A stretch of DNA of 64,000 bases. It comes from a virus. Its lineage: Duplodnaviria; Heunggongvirae; Uroviricota; Caudoviricetes. A program made the position numbers and the translations under genes. Below the pieces are notes generated by a model that searched no databases, was not told the origin of the DNA, and worked only from the letters and a program-made list of their open reading frames with translations. Positions 30,801-41,574 of the stretch are shown here, piece after piece. Numbering within the stretch: position 1 is the stretch's first letter; every line of letters begins with the position of its first letter. The DNA lies in IMG/VR virus record IMGVR_UViG_3300046008_000242, positions 32,001 through 96,000 of that record. One strand, written 5' to 3'.

Positions 30801-33800
30801 GATGCATTATCCCAAATTTTCATTAAGAAATAATCTTCTGATGCATTATTAACCGAAACAGATCCAGATGTTATTTTATCTTGAGTTGTATTGGTTACGT
30901 CTGCTGTTATATTTCTAACACCTTGGGTCGGTAAATTAATATCACCTGTTGTGGAACCATTAGATACAGCAATTTTTATATCGCCAGCCTTACCAGTTTT
31001 GTTTTTAATGTTAACCGATGCAACGCCATAGAATGTAACAGCTGGTGTTATATTACCACTAGAATCAATCGATGTTATACTAGCGGTAGAAGAAACATTA
31101 GATGAATTAACATAATACACATCAATACTAACATCAGAAGAAAGATTTAATGCCCCATAATTAAAAATCTTCAGAACGTGTGCGTCCGTTGAAGCAAAAT
31201 TGTTTGGAGTTATACTCACTAGACCAGTTTCATTTATTGAAACAGATGGGTTAGATGTCGTTAATTTATACGATTTCACCCCAGTTTTCGATACAATAGA
31301 TTTTACAACATTAGAACTAGAAATGTTGGTGTTATCAGTTTTAATTTGGATAACTGTTAAATTGTAAGAATCATTGGCATTTTTAGCATTGGTGTTTAAT
31401 TTAATAGAAACACCGCTGTTGAAATTTGGAATTGAATAATAAAGGGCATTTGATGTACCAAAAGTCGAAACGATATTTGAGTTCGTTGGAGTTACATTAG
31501 CTAATGTATTGTAATTACTCTGAACAACAAAATCGCCAGCGGCTGCAGTCAATACACTATAAGGATCCGACGGTTTAATTAAAATATACGTATTCAATTC
31601 GTCAGCAATGTTACTAGAGATGTTGTAATTTTCTACAACGTTGTATCCCATTGAAACAGGAGATTTACCAGAAACATTACTTAATACAATAGATTCTCTT
31701 AATGAAGGAGCATTCTGTAATTTCAAACTATTTGAACCCGTTACAACACTAGATGTATCCGAATACGTTGATTTGAAACTAACGCAATCCACTTTAATTG
31801 AAGCAGATAACGATGAACTAGAAACCGGAGTAGAAGAATTATTGGTTACATAGATTGTTCTGGTGATGGTTTTATCAGCACTGAAAAAGTCTTCTAATGA
31901 TGTTGGAGTAGAAACTTTAGAACCATTCAAATCCGTTGTGACGTCAATCAAAGAAGAAGAAATGTTATATTTCAACGACGATTGGATAGACGCAGATGCT
32001 GATTGGATTTTAACGTCAATTTTCTTTGGTTTATCAGTAGATAAGACGCCAACTACATTTTGTATCTCGGCTTTTGTCAATGAATCATAAAATTTAATTA
32101 CAAAAGATGCACCTAATTTCTTAATAGAAATTTCTTGGTCGGTCTTTGTGGTAATTTTAGTTGTTCCTGTTGTATTATCAACAACCGTCAATAATAATTG
32201 GTGGTCTGATGACAATCCAGTTGGTAAGTTTCTAGAGAATGTAACTGTTGTAGATCCACCGACGGATAATGTAGCGGTTCCAGATAATGTAGAACTCGAT
32301 AACGTAGACAATCCAATAGAATTATTGACACTAGACAACGACCAAGAGATATTTCTTGAAACGGAACTATCTAACGCTCTGATTGTATATGTTACAGCTT
32401 CTCCATCATCAAGAATTTTATCATCACAACCAGATTTTGAGATGGTAAATGATGCAGTCGATGCATTAACAATTAATGTATCTTCATTGTTTGTTTCTGG
32501 ATGTTTAATACCCGCAATAATCTTAATGTTATTTGGAGCAGAAGATTTCATGGTAAATGTTTTTGGAGTAGATAAACTAGATAATGCACCAGTTCCTCTC
32601 AAAACTTGACCATCAATTAAAACCGAAGAACCTGATGTTGGGGATTCACTGGTTCCATCTAATCCTTCTAATACATTACCAGAAGAATCAATAACTTTCA
32701 AATACCAATTTACAATATCCGTTGGATTAACATTTGTCGAAGCGTATTTAACTTTAAATGTCGGAGACGAAGAAGACGACACCGTAGCAAGGTCGGCATC
32801 TCCAGTTGTTGTAAATTGAGTGGATACACTTTTCTTTGCAGCCTTCAATAATGTCAATGGAACAGAATTATTGGTCACTCCATTACATGAAGTCGATATG
32901 ATTAACAACATATCTTCTAAATTGCCGATGAAATTTTTAATTGTGACATTAAATGTAGCAACACCAGAACCATTCAAATATGTGGTTGGTGTAGATAAAT
33001 TGTACAATCCAGGAGTTAAATTTGAAACTGAGATATTAACTAATTTTTCAGAATTAGATTTTGATGCATATACAGAACCATATGAAGAAGTTAATGTACA
33101 TGTTAAAATATCACCAGAAATCAATGTCGAATTTGGAGCTAATTCATTCCCAGCACGTTTTACAGATAACGTAAATGTTTCTTGAGTTTTATCTACATAC
33201 AATAAAGATTGAGCACCGCCACCTTTATTGGAATCCGTTAAAGTTAATCTAATGGTATACTGTTTGTCCAAAATTCCTGTAGAAGAAATTGACACATTTC
33301 TATCGGTTTTAGAGAAATAACCATTTGAACTCGAAATTGTAAATTTACCAGAATACGACGCAATAGGACTATATACAGAACCACCTTCACTCACTTCCAA
33401 TAGGTATGGAACTTGTTCAGAATCATATGTAGAAAAATCATACAAATTTGTATTGAGTTTAAAGGTGACACTTTGTCCAGGAATGAAACGCCCGAATGTA
33501 TCGCCAGATGTAGACATGTTGAATGTCTTTTTGGCATATTTACCAACAACCAAAATCTTTTTAGATATCGTTACGCCTAAATCATCAATAAAGATAAATT
33601 CAAATGCACCATTTCTTTCTAAGAAATCTCCAACAGATAAAGGTAATTTAATGTTTTGATTTGGAGCGGAAGTATTCGTATGGAATGAAGTGACATTCGC
33701 TCCTGTTACAATAGAACCATCTTTTTTAACCGTTAATGTGATTACTCTATCTTGTTCACAATTTGTTGATGTGAATGTCATATCAATAGAATTGTTGGTA

Positions 33801-36800
33801 TCAATATCTATTTTAACAGGACTGTTTACAGAATATTCTGTACGAACTGGGTTCAATAATTTAACAGATTCTGAGATAACCAAACCATATGAAAATTCAG
33901 GATAATCGATTGCTGGTTTAGCGACATCTGTTCCGACTGTCACAGATAATGTGATTACTCTATCATTTTGGAATACAAGATCTTCATGAGGTTTCAAATT
34001 AATGGAAGCATTACCTAGTGCATCTACTCTGAAATTGAATGAAGATAGATTTGTAATTGGAGTAGTGGTACTTCCAGATACAACATTAGATAAATCGAAA
34101 CTAGAAGTACCACCAGAAACTACAATAGAACCAGTATAAGAAACATTTGGATTTCCATTTTGTACATTAAATTTCATGGATAATGTTTCACCTTCTCTGA
34201 CCACATAAGAAGATGGAGAAATGGTGTAAACCGCAGATGGTTTTGGTATTTTAATTTTGGTTACTGGATTTACTGCAGCAACATCATTAACGATTACAGA
34301 AATTGGAGATTCGTCTGTATAACGTAATGATTGAGAAATACTATAAATTGTTTCTGCCGTTGATGAAGAGAATTGGATACCAGCTGGAGTATCGGTAAAT
34401 GTAACATTAAATTTAGAACCATTATACATTGCTGGAATATAAATGTTACCTTGATACGAACCATTTTCATCTGTGAATTGGTCCGCGCTAGATTTTTGTC
34501 CAGAAACTTGCCAACCTTTTTCTTGTAATTCTCCATCAAAGAAATAATAGATTTTTACATTAGATAACATTCCAGTTATCTTAACAGCAACAACATTTTC
34601 TCTTGTGGAACCTTGTACCAATTTAACTACGTTGTAGGTTTGACCTTGAACAACTTTGTTTTGTTGAGAATTTACTTCCAAGAAATCTTTTGTATTGTTG
34701 ATATCAGTTACTACGTTAGTCGTTTGGTCGCCAGTCTTCCAAGACCCAAAAATCGTGACTTTGGTTCTTTCTGTATTTTCATTACCAATTAATAATTGTC
34801 TTGCTTCTGTTGTATCGATAGCATTTTCTTGGAACACTGTGTAATCTGAATCTGGTGTTAGAATTACATTACCTTTTGAATTGTATACACTGTATGGATT
34901 AACGGAAATTGATGTTGATGCCATCATCTGTGCAGTTAAAATAGATTCAGTGAATGGTAAGGTAATTGTGTTATCGTGTACGGAAGAAGTGATTGGATTA
35001 TTATTAGGACTTAATCCTGCTGTATCTAATAGGAACCCTGGACGCATCTCATTTTTTTCAAAATCGATTGAGAATTTGAAATTAGAATTATCATTAGAAG
35101 GAGCCCCAATTAAAACTTCATCATTGGTTACATCAGCTACATTATATCCTTTGAATGAATCAACTAAGAATCCATTGTTGAACAACGGAGTTCCTGTGTT
35201 ATCCGTGAATGTTTTAGATGCTGTTTCTTTCTCCAATAATGATAGAGAAGTGTAGTATTCCACATTTTCCAAACGTTTATCTAATGCACCAATATCTCTC
35301 ATGGTGTAACGTTTATTTTTGTACATCAATGTTTTAACATTAGAACTGGAATCTGTATAAGGTTCATATGTGAACGAACAGATTTCCATTACGTCTTTAC
35401 CAGCGATTGGTGTAATCGGTGAATCGTAAGAAGGTTGACCTTGTAATAATGTAAATTCACCAGCCTTATCAAGAACCAATTTATCAATTCGTTGTAGATA
35501 ATAATCCAAATTAGTTGTTATTACTTGATTCGTCAATGGTAATGTAAATGCATCAAATGTATTAGAATCTTTACGTTGGATTGGTCTAAAATCAATACAG
35601 TTTCTTAATTTATATTCAATACCATTATCATCAGAGTATTTTGGCAAATTAGAATAAGGAATAGAAGATTCATATGAATTTACAACTAGACCACCATCAC
35701 CAGAATGTTCAAAATAATCTACAACTATCAATATATTTTCAGAAACATTTGCTTCTTTAATCTTCTTAATGGTCGCATGTAGATATGCCGAATTGGTTTG
35801 ACCATTTTGGATAGAATATTTAGAGGAAACATCATTCAATTCAGTACCCAACGTGTATCCAGAAATTGTATATGCTTTACCATCCATAATTACGATAGAA
35901 TTTGCTGGATAATTGTATGTAGAAGAATACGTCAAAGTAGGAACTGTAATAGGATCCCCAGAATACGAATATACACCAACAACTTTACTCACGTCAGATA
36001 CACCAATAGAACCATTAGCAAAATCGGGTGTATATTGGATAGCAACACCATAATTCTTTTTTAATGTTTTTGTTCTAGATGGAACACCAGAATTGTAAAT
36101 TGTGGTAGTAATGTTAACAGTACCGTTGAATGAACTATCATTAAAATTCAATTCTGCGGTCGAGCTGGAACCAATCGGATTGTTTACAGTTAAAGTAGCC
36201 AATGATGCATCAATAATACTACCCACAGGAAATGCTGTTGGATTAGATGACGTGATTACATTAACAATATAATTTTTATTGATTGAAGACCCAGTAGATT
36301 CATCGTAATCTTTGTATGATGAACCAGAATTGATTGTAGCAACACCATTATATACATTCACTGAATTGTAAGTGTATTTGGATGCATATCTTAAATTATT
36401 GATTGATTTAACTGTGATGTTTGGAATTTGGAACACCAACAATTGTTTATTTGTATCAATGATGGATTTACTAATTGGAATTAGATGAGATACGAAATTA
36501 GAATCATTTTTCCATGTAATATCAAAAACTTCATTGAATTTATATCCTTTAAAATTAACATCATCTAAGAATAATTTGAATACACCAAGACTAGAAAATT
36601 CTAGACCGATACTGGTGGCAGAACCGATAACATCACCAGTTGAATCCAAAAACGTTAATTCTGTTCTAGAATTTGCCGAAGGTAAGAAACTATTATCGGA
36701 TACAGACACTTCAATGTAATTACCATATTGAGCAGAAACGATATGGTCTGATTCCGTTAAGAATTCTCTTGATTTATCTAATTGGATGAAAGTGGTTCTG

Positions 36801-37996
36801 GTTTTATTTACTTCGTATCCTTTGATATATGCCTTACCAGAAGAAATTGATAATTGTAATTTCGAATTATCTGCATCATCATAGATTGTTGGCAATAAAC
36901 CTTCTACAATATAATTACCAGATTCATCATATGTTCTTCTGGCAAATTCTTCTGCAATGTTAGAATAAATTGGAGTTCTGTTATCAATTGTCACAACACC
37001 ATTACTGATATGAGACAAATCAATAAAATCTTCATTTGAAATCAATTTATCTTGGTAAGATTTTGTTCCTAATTGTAATGTAATTAGATATCTATCTGCA
37101 CCTGGAGCCGCAAAGTTATTTGAACCAAAAGATGGGTCTAATAATGTTGAGTCTTCATCAGATGTCACGATAGATTCAATTGGAGTTAGACCAATTACAG
37201 CAGATACGCCAATTTTATAGAAATTATTGGTTGCTGTTTCTAATTGGATAATCTTTTCTAATGTAACAGATACATTTGATTCAATTGACGCAACAGTGCC
37301 TACGTAATTAGAAGTGAAAATATCATCTCCAACTTTTAATTCAGTTAAGAATTTTGTATCTAAACCAGCGATTACAGTACCACCCTTTGTGAATGAAATA
37401 GAACCTTCTAGGAAAGTGTCATATTTCTTAACAATTGTGGTCTGCGGAGGACAATAGACAAAAGTGTTTTTTGTATAGAATATACCATCATTGATATGGA
37501 ATAAAACAGAATTTCCAGGAACATCCGCAGTCTCAGCGGTATAAAGTAATACACCTTCTTTTGTGTAAATTTGTATTGCAGAGTTTGCGTCTAAATCAAC
37601 AGCATTAGTTTTTGTGACACCACCGTCGATTAATATAGCAAAAAATGTGGTTAGATCCGAACCAGATACTGGAGATACATGTTTAATCAAGAAGATTCTG
37701 TTATCAGAAGTTTTGAATGTCATGTCAACCAATTTAGTTAAATCGATTGGTAAAGAAGTGTTTGTTTTAATTTTGAAGTAAGAAACAAAATCATAGAAAT
37801 GTTCTCCACCAGATACGACAGAACCATCTTTGAAAATATGATTGGCAAATTTAGCCGTTTGATTTTTTAAGATTGATTGGATCTGCGTGAATTCTCTGGC
37901 TTGGCAAGCAACACCTGGTTTGAATAAAATTTTATGATAATTTTTGGTTTCATCAAAATCATCAAAGTAAGGTGATATATTGTGATTCATTGTCAT
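27827..37996 (-). CDS. Giant virion structural protein (DUF4815/VrlC-like) with a long beta-rich central insert
   Basis: 3389 aa; PYFDDF..K.YHKILFKPG..QARE.TQ.Q, APGADR, ARRTYDESG, LENVEYYTSLSLLE, DPVAQTF, FAVKVV..S...P..R.LRAIA. Confidence 0.9.
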   Translation of the reverse strand: MTMNHNISPYFDDFDETKNYHKILFKPGVACQAREFTQIQSILKNQTAKFANHIFKDGSVVSGGEHFYDFVSYFKIKTNTSLPIDLTKLVDMTFKTSDNRIFLIKHVSPVSGSDLTTFFAILIDGGVTKTNAVDLDANSAIQIYTKEGVLLYTAETADVPGNSVLFHINDGIFYTKNTFVYCPPQTTIVKKYDTFLEGSISFTKGGTVIAGLDTKFLTELKVGDDIFTSNYVGTVASIESNVSVTLEKIIQLETATNNFYKIGVSAVIGLTPIESIVTSDEDSTLLDPSFGSNNFAAPGADRYLITLQLGTKSYQDKLISNEDFIDLSHISNGVVTIDNRTPIYSNIAEEFARRTYDESGNYIVEGLLPTIYDDADNSKLQLSISSGKAYIKGYEVNKTRTTFIQLDKSREFLTESDHIVSAQYGNYIEVSVSDNSFLPSANSRTELTFLDSTGDVIGSATSIGLEFSSLGVFKLFLDDVNFKGYKFNEVFDITWKNDSNFVSHLIPISKSIIDTNKQLLVFQIPNITVKSINNLRYASKYTYNSVNVYNGVATINSGSSYKDYDESTGSSINKNYIVNVITSSNPTAFPVGSIIDASLATLTVNNPIGSSSTAELNFNDSSFNGTVNITTTIYNSGVPSRTKTLKKNYGVAIQYTPDFANGSIGVSDVSKVVGVYSYSGDPITVPTLTYSSTYNYPANSIVIMDGKAYTISGYTLGTELNDVSSKYSIQNGQTNSAYLHATIKKIKEANVSENILIVVDYFEHSGDGGLVVNSYESSIPYSNLPKYSDDNGIEYKLRNCIDFRPIQRKDSNTFDAFTLPLTNQVITTNLDYYLQRIDKLVLDKAGEFTLLQGQPSYDSPITPIAGKDVMEICSFTYEPYTDSSSNVKTLMYKNKRYTMRDIGALDKRLENVEYYTSLSLLEKETASKTFTDNTGTPLFNNGFLVDSFKGYNVADVTNDEVLIGAPSNDNSNFKFSIDFEKNEMRPGFLLDTAGLSPNNNPITSSVHDNTITLPFTESILTAQMMASTSISVNPYSVYNSKGNVILTPDSDYTVFQENAIDTTEARQLLIGNENTERTKVTIFGSWKTGDQTTNVVTDINNTKDFLEVNSQQNKVVQGQTYNVVKLVQGSTRENVVAVKITGMLSNVKIYYFFDGELQEKGWQVSGQKSSADQFTDENGSYQGNIYIPAMYNGSKFNVTFTDTPAGIQFSSSTAETIYSISQSLRYTDESPISVIVNDVAAVNPVTKIKIPKPSAVYTISPSSYVVREGETLSMKFNVQNGNPNVSYTGSIVVSGGTSSFDLSNVVSGSTTTPITNLSSFNFRVDALGNASINLKPHEDLVFQNDRVITLSVTVGTDVAKPAIDYPEFSYGLVISESVKLLNPVRTEYSVNSPVKIDIDTNNSIDMTFTSTNCEQDRVITLTVKKDGSIVTGANVTSFHTNTSAPNQNIKLPLSVGDFLERNGAFEFIFIDDLGVTISKKILVVGKYAKKTFNMSTSGDTFGRFIPGQSVTFKLNTNLYDFSTYDSEQVPYLLEVSEGGSVYSPIASYSGKFTISSSNGYFSKTDRNVSISSTGILDKQYTIRLTLTDSNKGGGAQSLLYVDKTQETFTLSVKRAGNELAPNSTLISGDILTCTLTSSYGSVYASKSNSEKLVNISVSNLTPGLYNLSTPTTYLNGSGVATFNVTIKNFIGNLEDMLLIISTSCNGVTNNSVPLTLLKAAKKSVSTQFTTTGDADLATVSSSSSPTFKVKYASTNVNPTDIVNWYLKVIDSSGNVLEGLDGTSESPTSGSSVLIDGQVLRGTGALSSLSTPKTFTMKSSAPNNIKIIAGIKHPETNNEDTLIVNASTASFTISKSGCDDKILDDGEAVTYTIRALDSSVSRNISWSLSSVNNSIGLSTLSSSTLSGTATLSVGGSTTVTFSRNLPTGLSSDHQLLLTVVDNTTGTTKITTKTDQEISIKKLGASFVIKFYDSLTKAEIQNVVGVLSTDKPKKIDVKIQSASASIQSSLKYNISSSLIDVTTDLNGSKVSTPTSLEDFFSADKTITRTIYVTNNSSTPVSSSSLSASIKVDCVSFKSTYSDTSSVVTGSNSLKLQNAPSLRESIVLSNVSGKSPVSMGYNVVENYNISSNIADELNTYILIKPSDPYSVLTAAAGDFVVQSNYNTLANVTPTNSNIVSTFGTSNALYYSIPNFNSGVSIKLNTNAKNANDSYNLTVIQIKTDNTNISSSNVVKSIVSKTGVKSYKLTTSNPSVSINETGLVSITPNNFASTDAHVLKIFNYGALNLSSDVSIDVYYVNSSNVSSTASITSIDSSGNITPAVTFYGVASVNIKNKTGKAGDIKIAVSNGSTTGDINLPTQGVRNITADVTNTTQDKITSGSVSVNNASEDYFLMKIWDNASNAVISTGITYYDKFQNTLTVDASGFVKLQNFVDADGNRSFPFYYKITAGYITGASKEVRFFFKDFNGVSTEFNRTVSSSTTETGSFSITSDSDTQATAVGTKLSNGTLKKVSTITLTTSNVANAGGVLRLTFFVSNANIKSCYADGSGAVLSPGVVDYVVPKGNSTKTFYYVNDTPLDKMILNESNTVTVSGKSLDPGILSSNPSSTSYFINTSIPYRNLSFKQYELTVNEVVEGESFNVLVTDTIKDGELSTLKYNSKLVEYVGGSNSGTVTKKRTEFVDTWSASFKAINDNVTNLTSSSALFSVGDVSKSLVVKEAPPSPASINITALQTSDVFETAGEVSFKVETNYLPSGTVIPFGWTVGDNVVNVTSVQIVGVSTEFKNIANPSFSVGGSSGSQYYSATISIKFTPNYSVNKGSSITLFVNGSNIKSNTSSSVTIPVNVSPTTSGNKLTQAINILNKDKEIEYTPSISFSEISAAEKKQLALGYKYEFHIPYTVKISPSGFTGTTSLSVTVPSAGNVISRGSATLDVNSFSGNTHSGTVTLSKGYHGDFDIKISAVVNGKTTIGSYKTSLGKPFSLDPVAQTFYISPEQFPNGLFLSKADIFFYSKPSDLTIPVWIEMRKTINGYPSSDSKLTYSRVELNNSDVNIPSSLVGIITPTPTPFNFSDPVYLAPGEYSIIVGSTSKEYRVFVGELGQIDVSDGKLISENNPDGSVGSFFMSQNARTWNADQMKDLMFKLYKCEFDINSNQEVILEMKPNNSNFEVDIIHLNSPENVVPGTSSKYSVSLTGNYIDYVDVENNTDTLLTERTKPASAFKLKTILSSHDRNVSPIIQKHTMNTKFIHNLINSKLDLIKLETDPLDGSALSKYVTKKVTLSEGFDATGIRVILDVNRQYGTDIEVYVKMINNEDYSNFKGKDYTLIPLSGTKSYSKNNDDFIIDEYKLDNVSYVYGDTTFNSFKSFAVKVVMYSDNPAKVPRVRNLRAIATS

Positions 37997-38013
37997 TTGT
38001 TATTCCTTAATAA

Positions 38014-39603
38014 TTAGAATTTAATTATTGTGCGTAAATTAATAGATTGTTCATCAGTTTTTAGGAATGAATCCCTGTTGTCTACATACAAAATATCACC
38101 ACTCATCCTATCCATATTGGGTTGAGTTATTGTATTACAAGAAAAACTTTTTGTTGCATCTAATGTTTTTAATATAATTTCGGTTGTTAATGGGAAATTA
38201 TCTAATGATTGTAATAATAATCCATCTACATCAGACGATACAACTAGAAATCTCTTTCCAGCATGTTCTGGATTATAGACGTATAACATGGTATCGTCGG
38301 GAAAGTCGTATCTGTTAAAATCACCACTAGCTGTTGCACCATAACATGTTGACCCTATAGTAGAATCAAACGATTTACCCGATAAATCTAAAGGTGATTT
38401 CAATATACCAAATTGACGGAAATCATTGTTAACAGAAAATCCTTCGACCTTATCTTCTCTAACATTACAAAAGAACATCAATCTGGATGCCGTTAATTCT
38501 TTGATGGCATGTTTTCCATGACCATTAACAGGAGAAACAATTGGTCTAATTATGGCACCAGAACCTCCACCAGAATCGGAAATATTCAAATTTGCGTAAG
38601 AATAACCAGAACCTCTATTGGTCATGATTATCTTGGAAATTTGTTTATTTGAATCTAATTGAGCAGTGGCTGTACATCCAACACCATCGCCTGTTATAGT
38701 GATAATTGGAGTGGAATAATTATTACCACCATTTTCAATTTTACAGAATTCTATGCTTCCAGGAATAGTGTTTAATTCTACATTAGATTGGAACGATTGG
38801 ACATCCCCTTTATCTAATGAACAACTAATGGATGCACCAACACCGTCACCAAAAATGTCTAAGATTAAAAAATTGACATTGATGTATCCTTCCCCAGGAT
38901 TATCTATTCTTACGCCAACCAATATACCATCTTCGATTAATGGAGTTAATAATGCACCATTTCCTGTTTCAGAATATGCCGTGATGGTTGTTGTATTAGA
39001 ATATCCAGATCCTCCGTCGATGATAATGATATTATCGATACCACCATTATTATAATATCTCGATGTTATAGAGGTAGTGACCGGAAAGAATGCTTCTGTT
39101 AAGAATTTGTTTCTAAGAATCAAAGGAATGGTCATAATAAATTTCCATCTATAACCATCCGATGTTACAAATGAATCATATCCTGTGTCTAATGGTTCTA
39201 CTGTTGATTCTTTGTTATTGTTATTATCTAAGCAGAAATAGGCATTATATTGAGAATTGACTACATAGAATTTGGCATTTTCTAATGAAGAAGAACCTGA
39301 GTAAGATAGATTTATTGGAGAATACGAATCATCATAATGGTCAAAAATTACACCAGAATTCCAATTAACTCTAGGCACTACAAAAGCAACATCATTAAAA
39401 TTGATACGTTTTGTCATAATCATATCATTTCTAATTTTGTTTTCATATTTTGGGTTGTTGTATGGAGTTTCTATAACAGACGAACCATTATTTGGAATTG
39501 TCTTACCCAAGTAATAATAAAATTTAGAAGAATTGGTTCTAATTTCCCTTAATATGGAATCTGCTATAGTGTTATGAAAGTTTGATGTAATTGAATATGC
39601 CAT
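38014..39603 (-). CDS. gp8: Baseplate wedge protein (T4 gp8-like)
   Basis: PRVNW, FYVVN....Y.CLDN, DGYRWKF, GHG.....EL, NDFRQ, SGDILYVDNR. Confidence 0.88.
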   Translation of the reverse strand: MAYSITSNFHNTIADSILREIRTNSSKFYYYLGKTIPNNGSSVIETPYNNPKYENKIRNDMIMTKRINFNDVAFVVPRVNWNSGVIFDHYDDSYSPINLSYSGSSSLENAKFYVVNSQYNAYFCLDNNNNKESTVEPLDTGYDSFVTSDGYRWKFIMTIPLILRNKFLTEAFFPVTTSITSRYYNNGGIDNIIIIDGGSGYSNTTTITAYSETGNGALLTPLIEDGILVGVRIDNPGEGYINVNFLILDIFGDGVGASISCSLDKGDVQSFQSNVELNTIPGSIEFCKIENGGNNYSTPIITITGDGVGCTATAQLDSNKQISKIIMTNRGSGYSYANLNISDSGGGSGAIIRPIVSPVNGHGKHAIKELTASRLMFFCNVREDKVEGFSVNNDFRQFGILKSPLDLSGKSFDSTIGSTCYGATASGDFNRYDFPDDTMLYVYNPEHAGKRFLVVSSDVDGLLLQSLDNFPLTTEIILKTLDATKSFSCNTITQPNMDRMSGDILYVDNRDSFLKTDEQSINLRTIIKF

Positions 39604-39604
39604 A

Positions 39605-40054
39605 TTATGCGATCGTAATTACCCAAGAAATTGTAATAGAATCCCCTGAAGCCTTATTGACCACAGGAAACGTTGTTCTAGATAACATATTGTTTGTTGT
39701 ACCAGTTAGATGATTAAACAAACCTGCTTCTGTGATGGCACCAGTAGATACACCGGCACCAAAAGAAGCAGTAAATGTTACACTATTATCTACAACAGTT
39801 GATGAAGAAAGTTCTATTCTATTGCCGATTTGAGTTTGTAATGATGTGTTGGATACAGAAGGACTATTTGTTCCTGAACCGACAGCCATATGAGAAATAG
39901 ATTGGGTTGGATTAACTAATCTATTGGCAATAAGAGCTTTACCTGTGGTAACAACTAAATTTGGAATTCTAATGGTATCAGTTACAACACCAAATTCATT
40001 AGTTTTGACGATTGTTAACGAACCGTTGATAGATGCCGATGATTTAATTTTCAT
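39605..40054 (-). CDS. Small baseplate/tail protein
   Basis: NLVVTTGK, MAVGSG, ITEAGLFN, FPVVNK...D motifs. Confidence 0.75.
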   Translation of the reverse strand: MKIKSSASINGSLTIVKTNEFGVVTDTIRIPNLVVTTGKALIANRLVNPTQSISHMAVGSGTNSPSVSNTSLQTQIGNRIELSSSTVVDNSVTFTASFGAGVSTGAITEAGLFNHLTGTTNNMLSRTTFPVVNKASGDSITISWVITIA

Positions 40055-40061
40055 GTGTTTC

Positions 40062-41573
40062 CTAGAATGTGTATATTGTCAAACCTTGAGAATAATCTGA
40101 TGCGAAATAATCATCTAATGTATATGATAATGTTCCATTTCGTAATTTTATACTACCACCAGAATCATTTACGTTTGCCGTGTCTGTTAATGTTTTTGTT
40201 ATATACGTTGTTATACTTTCTAAATTATTTATTGTGTCGATTAACGGTTTTATAATTTCATTGAAAGTAGTGTCGTTTAATGTTGATACCAGATCTTGTA
40301 CAAATAATTTATAATCGAAGATGGCACTATTCACTGACGCAGACATATCTATTTCATTTGTAATAGAATATTCCGAGAACATGGCGTATCCGGCTGGATT
40401 TAAAATTCTTTTGACTACATCTTTGAATTTATCAATGTTTTCTGAGATTTGGATTACATAGGAGAACAATTGAAAATAATGATTATCTTGTAACACAAAG
40501 GTGTCGGATAAGAACCCGTTGGTGGAAGCATAATAACCTGGATAACGTTGTAATACACCAACATTAAATTCTACATATGCCACGTCCGCTTCATCAAATG
40601 TTCCTTTGTCGGTAGATAAATCGAAGTAAGATTCAGAAATAATCTCACCAGCGTAATCATCCGCAGAAAAATCAATAGAATACCATTGTTTAGAGAATTG
40701 TAATAATTCTTGGAAACCATTGGTGTTTTCCGTTACATTAGGAAATTCCGATACAACTACATCAGTGAATTTAGATATTACACTAGTGGAGAAATCAGAT
40801 TTAAATCCTCTACCAAAATCAAATATCTGTATTTTTTGTATAGATCCTAATTGGTCTGTCTTAACGATTTTAATTTTAGCATTTTCGCCTTCACCACCCT
40901 TTACATTAAAGATTTGACCTTCTTTGAAATTGAAACCTTTCTTTTGTATTTTACATGTTGATAGACAGGGTTGTATAACACCCATTGTAGATTCAAATGA
41001 AATCAAACATCCAACAGATACATCAGAATAGTAGAATGGTTCAAAGAATACTTCATACGTTCCATTTTCCAAATTTTTAATTCGCGTTACAAATACATCA
41101 AAACTTTTTTGAGGTGTTGTAATTGTTACATAATTACCAGAAAATACATTAGGATCGCCTGACATGGGTAACAATATAACGGATACAGGTTGGATCCATC
41201 TACCATCAGATGCCTTTAGGATTAGATCCCTTGGGTAAGATATGTTTATTTCTTTACCAAACATATGACGAAAAAGAATTCTAAATGCTTCTTCCGTACC
41301 CTTAGAAGAATAGAATTCTTTTAGATGATGGTTTATGAAATGGTCTTCTTTTACCGTAGTGCTTGGTAATGTTGAACCTAATTGGTATTTTATATGTTGT
41401 ACAAATTCTTCTAAATTGTCATCTAATGAAGATATGTTATCAAACGTTTTGAATCTAGATTGTTCGTTGAATTTATAATATAATTCCAAAAATGATATGA
41501 ATTTGGAATAAGTTGGATACGAAAATTCTGGGAATTGTGATAATACAACGGAAGATAATGGTACATTATTCAT
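40062..41573 (-). CDS. Baseplate wedge initiator (gp7-like)
   Basis: FY.SKGT..AFRILFR..FG, SDG.W, LQDN.YFQ.FSY, L.PAG; lies between gp6 and gp8. Confidence 0.8.
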   Translation of the reverse strand: MNNVPLSSVVLSQFPEFSYPTYSKFISFLELYYKFNEQSRFKTFDNISSLDDNLEEFVQHIKYQLGSTLPSTTVKEDHFINHHLKEFYSSKGTEEAFRILFRHMFGKEINISYPRDLILKASDGRWIQPVSVILLPMSGDPNVFSGNYVTITTPQKSFDVFVTRIKNLENGTYEVFFEPFYYSDVSVGCLISFESTMGVIQPCLSTCKIQKKGFNFKEGQIFNVKGGEGENAKIKIVKTDQLGSIQKIQIFDFGRGFKSDFSTSVISKFTDVVVSEFPNVTENTNGFQELLQFSKQWYSIDFSADDYAGEIISESYFDLSTDKGTFDEADVAYVEFNVGVLQRYPGYYASTNGFLSDTFVLQDNHYFQLFSYVIQISENIDKFKDVVKRILNPAGYAMFSEYSITNEIDMSASVNSAIFDYKLFVQDLVSTLNDTTFNEIIKPLIDTINNLESITTYITKTLTDTANVNDSGGSIKLRNGTLSYTLDDYFASDYSQGLTIYTF

Positions 41574-41574
41574 A

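Noticed and set aside
21600-37996. Second DGR target among the other fibre genes
   Set aside because: No other TR-like sequence or VGFR-type ending seen by eye; a computed search could still find one outside the window.
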